Of a stretch of 64,000 nt of DNA, positions 36,809 through 49,162 are shown piece after piece. The stretch covers positions 11,051,955 through 11,115,954 of the forward strand of contig NC_085843.1 in the NCBI RefSeq assembly GCF_035594765.1, in the 5' to 3' direction. The stretch's first letter is position 1. Each line of letters starts with the position of its first letter. The notes beneath the pieces were generated by a model. It searched no databases and was not told the origin of the DNA. It saw only the letters and a list, made by a program, of their open reading frames with translations. This stretch comes from Anolis carolinensis (Eukaryota). Both the position numbers and the translations under genes were made by a program.

Positions 36809-37905
36809 AATTTGAATTTCCATCCTCTGAAAAAAAAGTATCGGAAACGATGTAACTTGTTTTTAATGAAAAATGAAAACCAGCCCTGTCCTCCTGTCAA
36901 CTGGAAAAGCCCTTAATGAAGGCACAGTCTTTGCTGGCACTCTTTGGCAATAAGAAATGCAAGAGATTATCAATAATGCATTCGCAAGGCTACCCGAGCG
37001 CTATTTTTAAAGCAAATAATTCACTCCTCCCAACCCCGAAACCAAGCCATCCCATAAAAGAAATGCCACAACTCCTCAAGAGGCTTCAAGACATATATAG
37101 AGCCCCATTGCTGTACAAATGAGGTCAACTGGAGCTGTAAGTCACAAGGCATTTGCTCCAGAGTAATCCCATTAAAGTAAATCATCTCTCTCCTGGAAAG
37201 AGTGGGATGCAGAGTCCAGCCAAGCAGAAGGATAAGTCAACACGTGGGAGAAATTTATGCAGCTAGACAAGAGTTATCCCACATGGAAGATTGCCAGGGC
37301 ATAGGAATAAGGTTCTTCTGTCCCAGAGCCAAGATCTTTGGGATCTTTGAATACAGAAACATCTACAACAGCTGAACAGGCAGCAAATTAGTTCCTATTG
37401 GAAATCCGTTCCTTAAGCAGTTTCTCTCGGAAACAGACGGAACTGACATTTGTTGGATTTGTGCTTTAACGTGAACGTACACAATTTACTTCCTGAACCA
37501 CGATACAAATTGAAACACAGTTAAATATTGATATTTACGCATCCTGAATTTTGTGGTGCAGTTTCCGAAATGCAAAGCATATACACACACACAGGTACAA
37601 ACAAAGATCAATAGAATAGTGGCTTTCATTAATGCAAAAAAGAAAATATGCTTTATACATGGGGAAGTAGATGTAAAAATGCCCACATTAGGAGAAAAAA
37701 ATATGTACAGAAATCTTTCCACATTTACTGTGCTGAAACCTGACTGTCAATACATTGTATGCTGATTCTTTATCTTTGCAATCACCATTTTAGTTAGGTT
37801 TGCCTCAGTGAAAACTGGAGAGGGTTCTTAACTTTAACGGAGGTGCAAAATAGAAAGTTTCACCAGGTGTTGCTTATTACATGGTTGCGTAACAGTCCAT
37901 ACATG

Positions 37906-38028
37906 GATTGCTGTGAGTTTTCTGGATTGTATGGCCATGTTCCAGAAGCATTCTGGAACATGGCCATACAACCTGGAAAACTCACAGCAACGCAGTGATT
38001 CCAGCCATGAAAGCCTTTGTCAATACAT
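37906..38028 (+). mobile_element. Short Penelope-like fold-back insertion
   Basis: About 40-bp inverted arms around a tiny loop (ttccagaa gca ttctggaa) plus tail. 12-bp TSD agtccatacatg (37894-37905, 38029-38040). Confidence 0.85.
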
Positions 38029-38134
38029 AGTCCATACATGCGCAAATTCCTTCTTCTACACAACTTTTACTGGTATAGGAAATCTTTATTGGTATAGGAA
38101 CTGTATCTGGGGTGTCTTGGAATATATATCCCAA

Positions 38135-38800
38135 AATGGGAAGAGACCCCATAGCTCATCCAGTCCAACCCCATTCTGTCATGCAGGAATACACAACCAA
38201 AGCAGTCGTGATAGATGGCCATTCAAAACCTAGAGAAGAGATTCCACCACATTTCAAGGTAGCCTATTTCACTATCAAACTGCTGTTATTGTCAGGAAGT
38301 TCTTCCAAATGTTTAGGTGACATCCTTTCAGATATTTACATATGGGTGTCATGTCCCTTCTCAGCTTTCTCTTTGCCAGGCTAAACATACCCAAGCTTTC
38401 TAAGCGGCCCCTCATAGGGCTTGTCCTCCAAACCTTGAACCATTTTGGTTGCCTTTTTCTGGGCACCTTCCAGCTTGTCCATTTCCTTCTTGAATTGTGG
38501 GGCCCTGAACTAACACAGTGTTATTCCTGGTGAGGTCTAATCAAAATAGAACAGAGTGGGATACTTCTCTTGATCTGGACACTATACTCCTTTGATGCAG
38601 AATGGATTTGCATTGGCTTTTTTAGCTGCCGCAGCACACTGTTGACTCATTTTCAGCTTGTGATCCTTTCACAGGGACTGTTTTCAAGCCAGGTGACACC
38701 CATCCTATATCTCTCTACATTTCAGTTTTATTGCCTATGTGTAGTACTGTACATTTCTCTTTCGTGAAATTCATTTGGTTAGTTTGGGCCCAGATCATAA
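38135..38800 (-). mobile_element. Degraded CR1 3' fragment
   Basis: Encodes LESLGMFSLAKRKLRRDM; colinear with 17999-18665. Confidence 0.8.
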
Positions 38801-38885
38801 AATGCCCACAGCCATAAATGATACAGGAACCATGTGTGTGTGTTTTGGAATGTATCCCCCCAAGGTTATGAGGGTTGTATTGTAG

Positions 38886-39212
38886 CACTGGTGGCACAGT
38901 GCGTTAAAGTGCTGAGCTGCTGAACTTGTGGACCAAAAGGTCCCAGCTTCAAATCCCAGGAGCGGAATGAGCGTCCGCTGTTAGCCCCAGCTCCTGCCAA
39001 CCTAGCAGTTCAAAAACATGCCAATGTGAGTAGATCAATAGGTACCGCTCCGGCGGGAAGGTAACGGCACTCCATGCAGTCATGCCAGCCACATGACCTT
39101 TGAGGTGTCTACGGGCAACACCGGCTCTTCAGATTAGAAATGGAGATGGGCACCAACCCCCAGAGTCGGTCACGACTGGACTTAATGTCAGGGGAAAACC
39201 TTTTCCTTTACC
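38886..39212 (+). mobile_element. Sauria SINE, full length
   Basis: tRNA-like head, (ACCTTT)n tail and TSD tattgtag (38878-38885, 39213-39220). Confidence 0.95.
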
Positions 39213-39239
39213 TATTGTAGTTTTAATTAATTTTAATAG

Positions 39240-39689
39240 AGGTTCAGTATCCCTTAACCAAAATGCTTTGGATCAGAATGGTTACATTGGACTTGATGGA
39301 TGATATTGGAATACAGTGCCTATTTTGGAATAGCTTGGCATGCCATTCGTTCACTACCTGCTTATGAGAGGAAGGAGTTCAAACGTATGGGAGAGAGCTC
39401 CCAAGGATTGCAGGTTTTAAGGATTTATTTTTATTTTTATGACTTGTTTATGAAATGTGAGGCTGGAGAGAGACAGAAGATCTGAGAAAGCAATGCACAG
39501 GAGTGCTGCAGCCGCTGCCTTGAAGTGGGAGGCTGGCAGCAAAAAGAGAGAGACCGAGGATCTGAGAGAGAGAAAAGCGGGAACGTCACAGCTGCTTCCT
39601 AGAAGGAGGAAGCAGGTGGCTGGAGGCAAGAAGTTTGAGTTTTGGAAGTTTTTTGACTTTGAATTTCCATGCAAGGGAGACTCAACCTG
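39240..39689. mobile_element. Tigger-like MITE
   Basis: TIR-like ends aggttcagtatccctt / aagggagactcaacctg|TA. Confidence 0.55.
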
Positions 39690-40507
39690 TACTGTCAAAA
39701 CATTAATCTTATTTTAATGTTCAATTTCTGGTGTATGTTTTTCATTGTGTTGTGTTTTTAAATTGCAAAGTGACTTGAGTCTTAGTTTTGTGAGAAAGGA
39801 GAGATGATAACAATAAGGATAATGAAACGATAATAATAATAGACCCATTTTTGCTATTCCGGTTTTGATCGAATGGCACTAATTATATTGTATCATTGAT
39901 GATCAGTGGAATACAGATTGCTTTAATGGGCTTCAGCAGGAACAGTTTTGCTTTCTAGGAGTTTGTAATCCTAGATAGACACAATATGGGCAGGGAATTA
40001 ACATGCACATAACTTCGGGTGGTTTTGATACGGTTTACTGCAACTGTTCATCTGGCAGAACGAGAAAGGCATTGTTTTGTTTAAAACCAGCCTGTCTGCA
40101 CAGCTGTGAGATTGGTCATGGCAAAAATATTCAGTACATTCTGGACAGCACAAAACAATCCAGCTAACTCTGGCTCTCCAGCATATGTAGTGGACTTAGA
40201 TGAAGACAATGAGGGTGACCAAATGGGGGTCACCAAGTTTGTTTCAGAGGTTGCACAGACTGCCAAAATACCCACACACCCTGAATGTGACTGAGTGAAC
40301 ACTGACTTCTGTTTTAGAAACATTAAAAATAGCTTGCGAATTATTTGCAAGGGTAAAACCACAGAATCATAGAGCTGTGTTTTAATCTTTGTTCTACATA
40401 TTTTAATATGTGATTTTTATGGAATGCATTTTATTGTGATGATGTATTTTGTCCCGCCTTGAGCGGAGAGGTGGGTAATAAATACACATTTATGATTGTA
40501 GTTGCTA

Positions 40508-41120
40508 TACTGGGACCTCGACTTAAGAGCACCCCAACTTGAGAGCATTTTGAGTTAAGAGCTGTGACTTAGCCCAGGTTTGCTTTGACATACAAGCAGT
40601 GTTTTGAGTTAAGAGCTAGTGCCAGAAGGAGTGCTAGCGCGACAGTACAGGGCTTTAAGGGAGCAGCCTCTATGCCTTGTGCCTCCCGGCCTCATGATAT
40701 TGTCCTCTTTGAAAGATTGCTGTCTATTTTGCTCTTGTCCATTTTGATGAACATTGGCTTAGTTGATTTTGTGTTGTTTTTATTCTTGGTATGTTTAGCT
40801 TCCTGAAGACAGGGCGGGAAGCTGGAATGAGTACGGTATGAAGAAAATGATACTTCTGCCTCTTCACTTTGTGCTTCTACCATAGTGCCACAACTTTGTT
40901 ATTCTACCATTTTAAAGTTTATCTTTCTTTTTTATTGTTCCATGTGAATGTGCATTTATACATTATTTGTTAAAGTACATTTTCTTAATTAAAAACACAT
41001 TACAAAGGGGTGGGGAGGGGGCCAGAACAGATTACTAGCATTTTAATGGGAAATTCACTTTGAGATAAGAGTGATTTGAATTAAGAGTTCAGTCACAGAA
41101 CAAATTAAACTCTTAACTGA
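40508..41120. mobile_element. Tigger-like MITE, degenerate
   Basis: Subterminal ttaagag repeats at both ends (cctcgacttaagagc ... gaattaagagttcagtcacagaacaaattaaactcttaac). Confidence 0.5.
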
Positions 41121-42414
41121 ACTAGCGCAGCCTTAACCACAATGCAGGCACTAGGTTACAGCCCCCATTATCCTTAGCCTAAGTGGGAATGCCATTGACT
41201 GGAGATGGATGTAATTGTATTCCATTTCCTCTATAAAGCGATGGATTAAATATTTTAGACCAACATTATATATTAAACTCTCAATGTCCTTCAAAACTTG
41301 AATCCCCTCCCTCAAATGAAAAGGAGATGCTGGAACTGCTCATGGAAATATGTGCCCCCAAATCTAGTGAGACACAACCTATCGCAAAGCATGAATTTCA
41401 ATTTAACACCTTCCATTTGCATTCATGCCAAAAAGCACTTATCTGCAGAGGTTAGAACTGTCACAATGTTTAAGAGGCACTTAACTTGCATTCCAGCCAA
41501 TAACCTGTACAATGTAGCATTTCTGTGCCAAAGATATTATGTGAGGCTGTCTTTGCATGAACAGCAACTGGTGCACTGAATATAAATCATTCTAAACTTT
41601 TGGAAATCACATAGAGAATTACTGGAGCTCAAACTTTGTTTGAAAAGCATGCAATTCTACGATAAGTGTATAATGATTTTTTTTGTTTGCAAAATTTGCT
41701 CAGATTAGGTTTACCTTTGCCATTTTCTGAGGCAGGGAGAACGTGACATGCCCAAGATTACCATGGGTTTCCATGGCCAAGCAGGGATTTGATACCTGCT
41801 CTGCAGAGTCATAGTTCAACACTCAAACCATTATGCCACACTCCTAATTTCTACTCAACATCAGGTTTAGATCTGTCAATTCATAAAACTGCTCTGTCCT
41901 GCTTCAGCTTTAAACTGTGGATCTTGAAAATTTGAATGAAAACAGACATTGAAATGAATTATTTAAACAGACTGCTCCAAAAAAGAGACATACAATAGAG
42001 TATTTTCCAATTACTCTATACAGTCATGTACAAGTCATGAGCAGGTTTTGGGGTCCAAATTATGGATTTTGATATGATCCATGGAAAAGTCAAAGGTGAT
42101 TTCGTATAGAGGGGAAAGCACCAATGCTGACTCAGAGAGGCAGCTGCTCCTTGCCATTTTCACAGCAAGCAATAAAAAAGGTCCAAAAATGGAAAAAGTA
42201 GAGAGAGTTTGTATTTTTTTAAAGTTCTCCAGAGACAGACTAGATTTTTGCTTTTCTCAGCTGTACTCTGAGCCCTTCCTTACTCACCAAGTGGAGTTGA
42301 CCTGGTCTCTTGGATACTGGATCAGGTCTACTTGGTTTATAATCGTATCAAAAGCGAACCGAAGATATAGTTATAATGTATTTTAAAACACAAAGTTAAA
42401 AACAAAGTTAAAAA

Positions 42415-42536
42415 TCGGGTTAATTGTGTCATGGCTTTGCGATTGTTTTTTTTTTAATTGTTGTATTGGGCATGGCCCCATGTGAGCCGCCCTGAGTCCC
42501 TTCAGGGAGATGGGGCGGGGTATAGAAATAAAGTTG

Positions 42537-42592
<56 letters not shown>

Positions 42593-42595
42593 TTA
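42415..42595 (+). mobile_element. L2 3' tail with (TTA)n
   Basis: ggccccatgtgagccgccctgagtcccttcagggagatggggcggggtatagaaataaag. Confidence 0.8.
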
Positions 42596-42713
42596 TTATG
42601 ACACAGCAAACAAGATAGATATGCTGGATTTCGTATCACAAAATCACAAGTCGAACACTTCCCAAGTGTCTAGGACTGTGTGATGTATTTTCGGATGATG
42701 CGTGCAGATCCCA
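42596..42713 (-). mobile_element. R4/Dong extreme 3' fragment
   Basis: Near-identical to the reverse complement of 29943-30061. Confidence 0.9.
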
Positions 42714-42739
42714 CGCATATAATAATAATAATAATAATA

Positions 42740-42785
<46 letters not shown>

Positions 42786-43403
42786 TAAAAACTTGTCATT
42801 ATACTGAATGTCCCTTGACCAGTAGCTGGCCACTTGGAGTGCCTCTGGTATTGCTATAAGGAGGTCCTCCACTGTGCATGTGGCAAGGCTCAGACTGCTT
42901 TGTAATAGGTGGTCTGTGGTTTGCTCTTCTCCACATTCGTATGTTGTGGACTCCACTTTGCAGCCTGCTTGGTAATCCAACAGTGATTTTATTGCTCAGC
43001 CATGGCAAAAGTGGTTCAACATCACTGGTGTCCCACTGCATCCCACATTCATTAGTGACAGCAGCAACACCCATATTTGTCATATTCTTGGTGCTCTAAC
43101 TGATGTCAACAAGAGTGTAGGCTCACCAAGGAGGCTGGAAAGGGGAGAAGGAAAGCCCTGAGCCTGTGAAGTATGGGATGGCAGTCAACACAAGTGCCAC
43201 CAGTTCCAGTTAGGAATTGACAACTGCTAACCTGGGGGAGAGCTCAAATCCTGGGCCAAGATTTAGGTGTTCCCTCTCAATTAGGTTAGCATGGGTTAAG
43301 GCTGGGTTAAACAGGTTTTCCTGCAGGTTAATCTGGATCATCCCCACAATGAGTGTAGATGTGTCCTCAAAAAGAGAATGGATCCTTTTTTGGTGATAGC
43401 TAA

Positions 43404-43732
43404 GACCCCCAGTGGCGCAGTGGATTAAACTGCTGAGCTGCTAAACTTGCTGACTTTCAGGTCCATGGTTCAAATCCGGGGAGTGGAGTGAGCTCCCGCT
43501 GTTAGCCCCAGCTTCTGCCATCCTAGCAGTTCGAAAACATGCAAATGTGAGTAGATCAATAGGTACTACTCCAGTGGGAAGGTAAGGGTGCTCCATGCGA
43601 TCATGCTGGCCACATGACCTTGGAGGTGTCTATGGACAATGCCGGCTGTTCGGCTTAGAAATGGAGATGAGCACCAACCTTCAGAGTCAGACATGACAAG
43701 ACTTAATGTCAGGGAAAACCTTTACCTTTACC
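43404..43732 (+). mobile_element. Sauria SINE, full length
   Basis: A-box cagtggcgcagtgg, B-box ggttcaaatcc and (accttt)n tail. Confidence 0.95.
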
Positions 43733-45074
43733 TAAGGCACAGTACTCATATTGATCCATGGATAAGTTTACCCAGGTTTTGGGAGTTGATTTTGTAGCTA
43801 AAATTTCTAGATTTATGCATTAGTATTTGGGGTATGTTAATCTCAAAATGTGCACCTAAAAGCAATTTTTTTGTGTATCAAAACTTATATCACAAGGGTC
43901 AAGGAAATGGAAAACTCAAAAGATAACTGCTTTTTGATATATACATGTTTAAGGCAGGCATGGATGAAGTTGATTTCCACTGGATTTGCAAAAATTGCAT
44001 TACTTAGGGATCCCTGGGTTCTGTATGCTGGGGGAGCAGCATTTTAATCGCCTGCCTGCACATGCATACAGACCCGTGTGCTTTGGTAGAACTCAGCTAT
44101 CTTCAGCTTGATTGGAAACAGTAAAATATGGATTTGAAAACTGAGCACATTTGCAAAACAAATAATTTAGCTTAAAGGAAGCACGGCTCAGGATTCACCT
44201 GCTAACTATCAGCTGCCAGCATGTCTCTTACTTTTTTGAGCAATAATAACCACATCCTCCTGAATGTGAGTTGTTCTCTCTCCCTCAGTTCACATTTGAC
44301 TGCAGAATCCAAATGGATTCCCTTTATTGTAATTACCTCTCTAACTGCACTGCGCTTCCAATGCATCAGGTTAATGTTAATGGAATTTGAAGCAGAGGCA
44401 ACTAACATTTATTCATTCCTCCTGCTCTTCCTTCCATCATTTACTTCCCTTCGCTGTCAAACAAAGTTGGCCCAAGGTGCTTTTTCACTAAAGAAGCAAT
44501 ATCCAAGCTAGGAATCAGACACATGGGGGTGATTTCTAATGGAAGTCCCAACTACAGTAGGCTCGATGAATTGATTGTTGAATAGTGAGTCAATACAGAT
44601 GAAAAACCTACTGATGCAACAGACCTACTCCAATTCAGAAGTGGCAAAAGGATTAGGAATGATGGTCACCTTCTGATTCTGCAGAATTGCAACATTTCTG
44701 ACCATTGCTTATGCTGAGAGAGAGTCATTGGTTTCCCTGGCCAACAAAGATCCAGTAAACAGAGCCATAGTGATTTGAGAGTTTGACTATAACTTTGGAA
44801 TTCAGAGTTTGATTTTCTGCTCAGAAACCCACTGGGTGACCTTGCACAAGACAGGCAATCAAAGAAAACCCCATGATAGGTTTGCCTTAGGGTTGCCATA
44901 ATTGGAAAACTGGCACACAACAATAACAACAATGCTGACTAGGGATGTTAGGACTTGCTATCCATTATCATCTTGGAGAAATGTGATTCTCACCAAATTT
45001 TTACCCATTTTAGGCCAGACAACCTGGTTCCTTCCCTAACTCTGGTCAAAGCACCACTGAGTATCCCTCCATAT

Positions 45075-45430
45075 GTAATCAGCTGTAAGTCAATCCTGTG
45101 CCAAGCTGAAATGTGTCCAGAGAAGGGTGACCAAATGGTAAAAGTTTTGGGAGTCAGACTCTGACATGAAGGCTATGTTTAAATGTTTCAAAGAATGATA
45201 TACTGAGGAAGCAACAAGTTTGTTTTGTGCTGTTCTAGGGATTAGGATGGATTCAAATTCTAGGAAAAGGGATTCCACCTAAACATTAGGAAAAACATCC
45301 TGACAGTAAGAGCCTGTTCAATAGTGGCATTTGCTCTTTTGGAGTATGGTGGAGTCTCTTACTCTGGAGGTTTCCTTCATGACAGAACTGGATTGGACTG
45401 GGTAGTCCTTGTGGTCTCTATGATTCTATT
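45075..45430 (+). mobile_element. Degraded CR1 3' fragment
   Basis: gtgtccagagaagggtgaccaaatggt ... ggaaaagggattccacctaaacattaggaa ... ctctatgattct. Confidence 0.75.
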
Positions 45431-47248
45431 ATTCTGTTATAAAACCACAATATATTTTGTGTTCTTCTGTGATCTCTTGAACTTGTGGCTGAAAGAGATC
45501 ACCAAAGCTGTTTCCAGCTGCTCTAGAGATGGGTGACCTTTGGGATCAACTGATATTGATCAACCTCATTCAAGCTCAATTCAGACTCAAATTAGGCCAA
45601 GAGAACATGGCTTTATTGTATGCCTAGGGAGCCAAAACAAAAACAAAAACCCAATCACCTTCTTGTTTTCAGCCCCTTATCCTTAAGAAATCCCCTACCT
45701 CAGTGTTTACTACTTTTATGAATGTATTTACTCTGAGAAAGGATAATAGCAACTGGGAGGCCAAGGTTCATAATCTTAACACCTTTTCCATGTTATGAGG
45801 AGTCCTGAAACATTTGTGTTTTTATTAAATTTAATGATATTCTAGCACATCAAATGCTTATGGTTTATAGGAGCTACAGTTCAAAAGGGCCATGGTTCAG
45901 TCTGCAGACCCAGACACTATTTTTGAAGACCCAAACATTAACTTTGAACTGAGTTCAAACTCCTTCCCTGAAGATGAGATGGAATGGATGATTTGTATTC
46001 TGGAAATCGACCATTCCAATCAGTATTTACTATTTATTTATCTGTTTTAAAAGCAAGAAAACAAACCTTTATATAAGGACCACAATCTGGTTTTGGTTTG
46101 TGCTCTTTTATGCATCTTCACACCTATCAATTTCAGTTTAATTAGAGCTCGGCTCTACTCAATTACATGCAGTCCCACAGTTCTAAATTAAGTTTTCCCT
46201 TCATTGTTTCATCCTTTCCTCTCTCAATGAATAGAAAAGACTTTCTTTTAACCACAAAGTGCATCCAGAATGAATTCTTCCACTGTTCATCTTTCCCCCC
46301 GCTCCCCATCCTTAAAGGACTGCTATGAGCCATTATGTAACATTGTGGTAGATCTATATTTCGAGCACTGCGTGATGTTCTATTTGCTATTATACTGAAA
46401 AGTACAGATACAGGAAGTGGGAATTGAACTGATGCAGATAAAAGATCACCTTTTGTACAGAGCTGGGTGCAGGTAGTCCTTCTAGCTTTGGAGAAGATTA
46501 AAAGCCATTTCACACATCTGTGGATATGCAGTGGCTGCCTGTAAGAAATGAGCCCAGAGAGCTGGCATGTTGCTGGCCTCAGCCTGAGATCGGGAACATT
46601 GGAGAAGGGGCAAGTGCCTAAGTCAGTCCCTCTGTCCAAATACTTGCAAGTAAGAGGTCCTGCTCCCAGCATGCTGAGAACAAAGCTATGCTCCAGTGAA
46701 TACTGAGAGCTGCTGCCGTTCCTCCTTGCCACTGGGCCCAGAAGTTTACCATGAGGAATGGCATTCAAGAATTTTGTGTTTGGCAGTGCTTAAAAGCTTG
46801 GTGTCCATTGACAGGTTGGGATTCTGAGTGCTCTCATTTCCAGGAACAGATGTTCTATCAAAGTTCTCCAAACATCTGCCTATCCCTGTCTCACTCAGAG
46901 TATGTTTATGAAATTTGGAACAAGGGGAGAGGTTTCTGACGGAGAGTTCTTGTGTGCTTTTGTGAACATTAACCCAGAACACTCACAAGACCTGGACGCT
47001 TTTGATGACCAACAACACAATGCTTGGACCTCTCCAGTCAGTGAAAAATTGGCACAAGAATTTAGCAATGTGTCCAGGAGCTCCCTAAAATATTTTGCTA
47101 CCCCCAATGATGACATTGTTCAGAGTTGGCTCTTGGCTGCACATGAGGAAAAGAGAGAAGGAGCAACGGAGGTTATCTGAATCAAAGGTGTAAAGGCAAA
47201 ATGGCTGCTAAAGGGGCAGGAGAGACATGCTACACAAGATATATACAA

Positions 47249-47716
47249 GGGGCTGCAGTAGCACAGAAGGTTAAACCACTAGCTGCAGGAAATCTGCTGA
47301 CTGGAGGGTTGGCAGTTCAAGGCCATGAGTCGGGGTGAGCTCCTGCTATTAGCCATATCTTCTGCCAACCTAGCAGTTTGAAAGCATGCAGTGCGAGTAG
47401 GTCAATAGGTATTGCCTCGATGGGATGGTAAAAGGGCACCCCATGCAGACATGCCAGCAACACAATCAGAGATGTCTACAGGCAATAGGTTTCTCAGCAT
47501 GGAAAAATGGAACAACTCCCCATGGCCGGAGTTGAACATCGCCTACAGACTCCAGAAATGAAAGGGGAGGGCTTTACCTTTGTCTGTGCATTATGTGTCA
47601 TTGTTGTTAACTGTGTAAAAGGCACTGAATGTTTGCCTTATATGTGTATACTGTAATCCAATCTGAGTCCCTCTGGGGAGATAAAGCAGAATATAAATAA
47701 AGTGTATTATTATTAT
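47249..47716 (+). mobile_element. SINE with a Sauria-like 5' body and an Anolis-SINE2/L2-type 3' half
   Basis: cttctgccaacctagcagtttgaaagcatgc (Sauria-like) followed by ggcactgaatgtttgccttatatgtgtatactgtaatccaatctgagtccc...gaatataaataaag (L2 tail). Confidence 0.75.
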
Positions 47717-48092
47717 CATGTTTTCATAGTGACTAACTACATACCGAGAGTAAAGCTGCCAATGGGACATGGCAGACCTCCGTCTCATGATCTGATATTG
47801 GGAGACATTTGCAACCATCCTGACTAGTAACCAGTCATGACCCCATTGTTCATTAATTTATCCTCTTAAGGCCATCCAAGCTTGCAGCCATTTATTTTGT
47901 GGCAAAGAGCTCTGCAGCTTAACTATGTGCTATGGGAAGAGGCAACATCATTTTAAATGACCTGACACTCTATTGGTATTCAGCTTTGGTGGGTGACCCA
48001 ATTGGATTCTACTATGATAAGGAGGGAAGAAGGTTTCTTCCTATCAACTTCCTCAACACCATTCACAGAATTAAATATTTCTATTACACTTT

Positions 48093-48418
48093 TCCCCAAT
48101 GGCGAAGTATGTTAAAGCACTAAGCTGCTGAACTTGCAGACTGAAAGGTCCCAGGTTCAAATCCCGGGAGCAGAGTGAGCGCCCACTGTTGCTCCAGCTT
48201 CTGCCAACCTAGCAGTTCGAAAACATGCCAATGTGAGTAGATCAATAGGTACCGCTCCGGTGGGAAGGTAACAGCGTTCCATGAAGTCATGCTGGCCACA
48301 TGACCTTGGAGGTGTCTATGGACAATGCCAGCTTTTCAGCTTAGAAATAGAGATGAGCACCAACCCCCAGAGTCAGACATGACTGGACTTAATATCAGGG
48401 GAAAACCTTTACCTTTTA
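48093..48418 (+). mobile_element. Sauria SINE
   Basis: Full body, (accttt)n tail and TSD ctattaca (48081 and 48419). Confidence 0.95.
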
Positions 48419-48834
48419 CTATTACATTTCTCTTGGGACCCATCTACACGAACCATTTAGTGCCATTTCAAACTGGTAATGAAAAAAGTCATTTCATTGG
48501 GTATATGATTCCATGGGAAATCCTGAAATCAGTTTGAGACCCAGATGGAGAATTGATAGAGCACTGATGCACAGTAAGGGCTTTCTTTTGCACACTTTCA
48601 TAGGAGTTTGTTGTTTTGCCATTGCAGTTTGAAGCTAGCTTTGAAATGCATTAAATAGGAAGTGTGGATATGGCCGAAGAGTTATTAAAACACTGTAATT
48701 TTTCCTCATAGGGGAGCTGCTCTTGTCCCTTAACCACTTAAGTGTGCCCTTTTGGCAGGATGTAGATTCCACCTTCTGAAAACCATTTGGCCAGCTTTCA
48801 ACTCAGACACCACACCATTGACCTTCCCAGTAAG

Positions 48835-49162
48835 GTAAAGGTAAAGGTTTCCCCTGACGTTCAGTCCAGTCATGTCTGACTCTGGGGGTTGGTGCTCATC
48901 TCCATTGCTAAGCCGAAGAGCCAGCGTTGTCTGTAGACACCTCCAAGGTCATATGGCCAGCATGACTGCATGGAGTGCCATTACCTTCACACCGGAGCGG
49001 TACCTATTTATCTACTCACATTGGCATGTTTTTGAACTGCTAAGTTGGCAGAAGCTGGAGCAACAGCGGGCGCTTACGCCGCTCCCAGGGTTTGAACCTG
49101 CAACATTTCGGTCTGCAAGTTCAGCAGCTCAGTGCTTTAATACACTTCGCCACTGGGGTTCC
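48835..49162 (-). mobile_element. Sauria SINE
   Basis: 16-bp TSD tgac[c/t]ttcccagtaag (48819-48834, 49163-49178). Confidence 0.95.

Larger units (their letters stand above)
42335..42980 (-). mobile_element. Vingi LINE 3' fragment, split at 42415-42783
   Basis: Encodes ECGEEQTTDHLLQSSLSLATCTVEDLLIAIPEALQVASYWS. The reverse complement of 42335-42414 matches the Vingi 3' UTR at 55500-55573. Confidence 0.8.
42018..43835. mobile_element. Old mariner/Tigger-like element hosting nested insertions
   Basis: Both ends (aattatggattttgatatga ... aaaatttctagatttat) match the shorter copy at 62878-63220. Confidence 0.5.

Noticed and set aside
38886-38960. tRNA-like A/B boxes here and at other SINE heads
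   Set aside because: They continue into SINE bodies and do not form a complete cloverleaf, so they are not tRNA genes.
40091-40294. Exon-like open frame after a possible acceptor (ttttgtttaaaaccag)
   Set aside because: The peptide is unrecognised, the polypyrimidine tract is weak and I found no partner exons.
46163-47180. 201-aa minus ORF and 92-aa plus ORF in unique, moderately GC-rich sequence
   Set aside because: No recognisable domain and no convincing splice-site pair. ORFs of this length can occur by chance, so not called as CDS without homology evidence.
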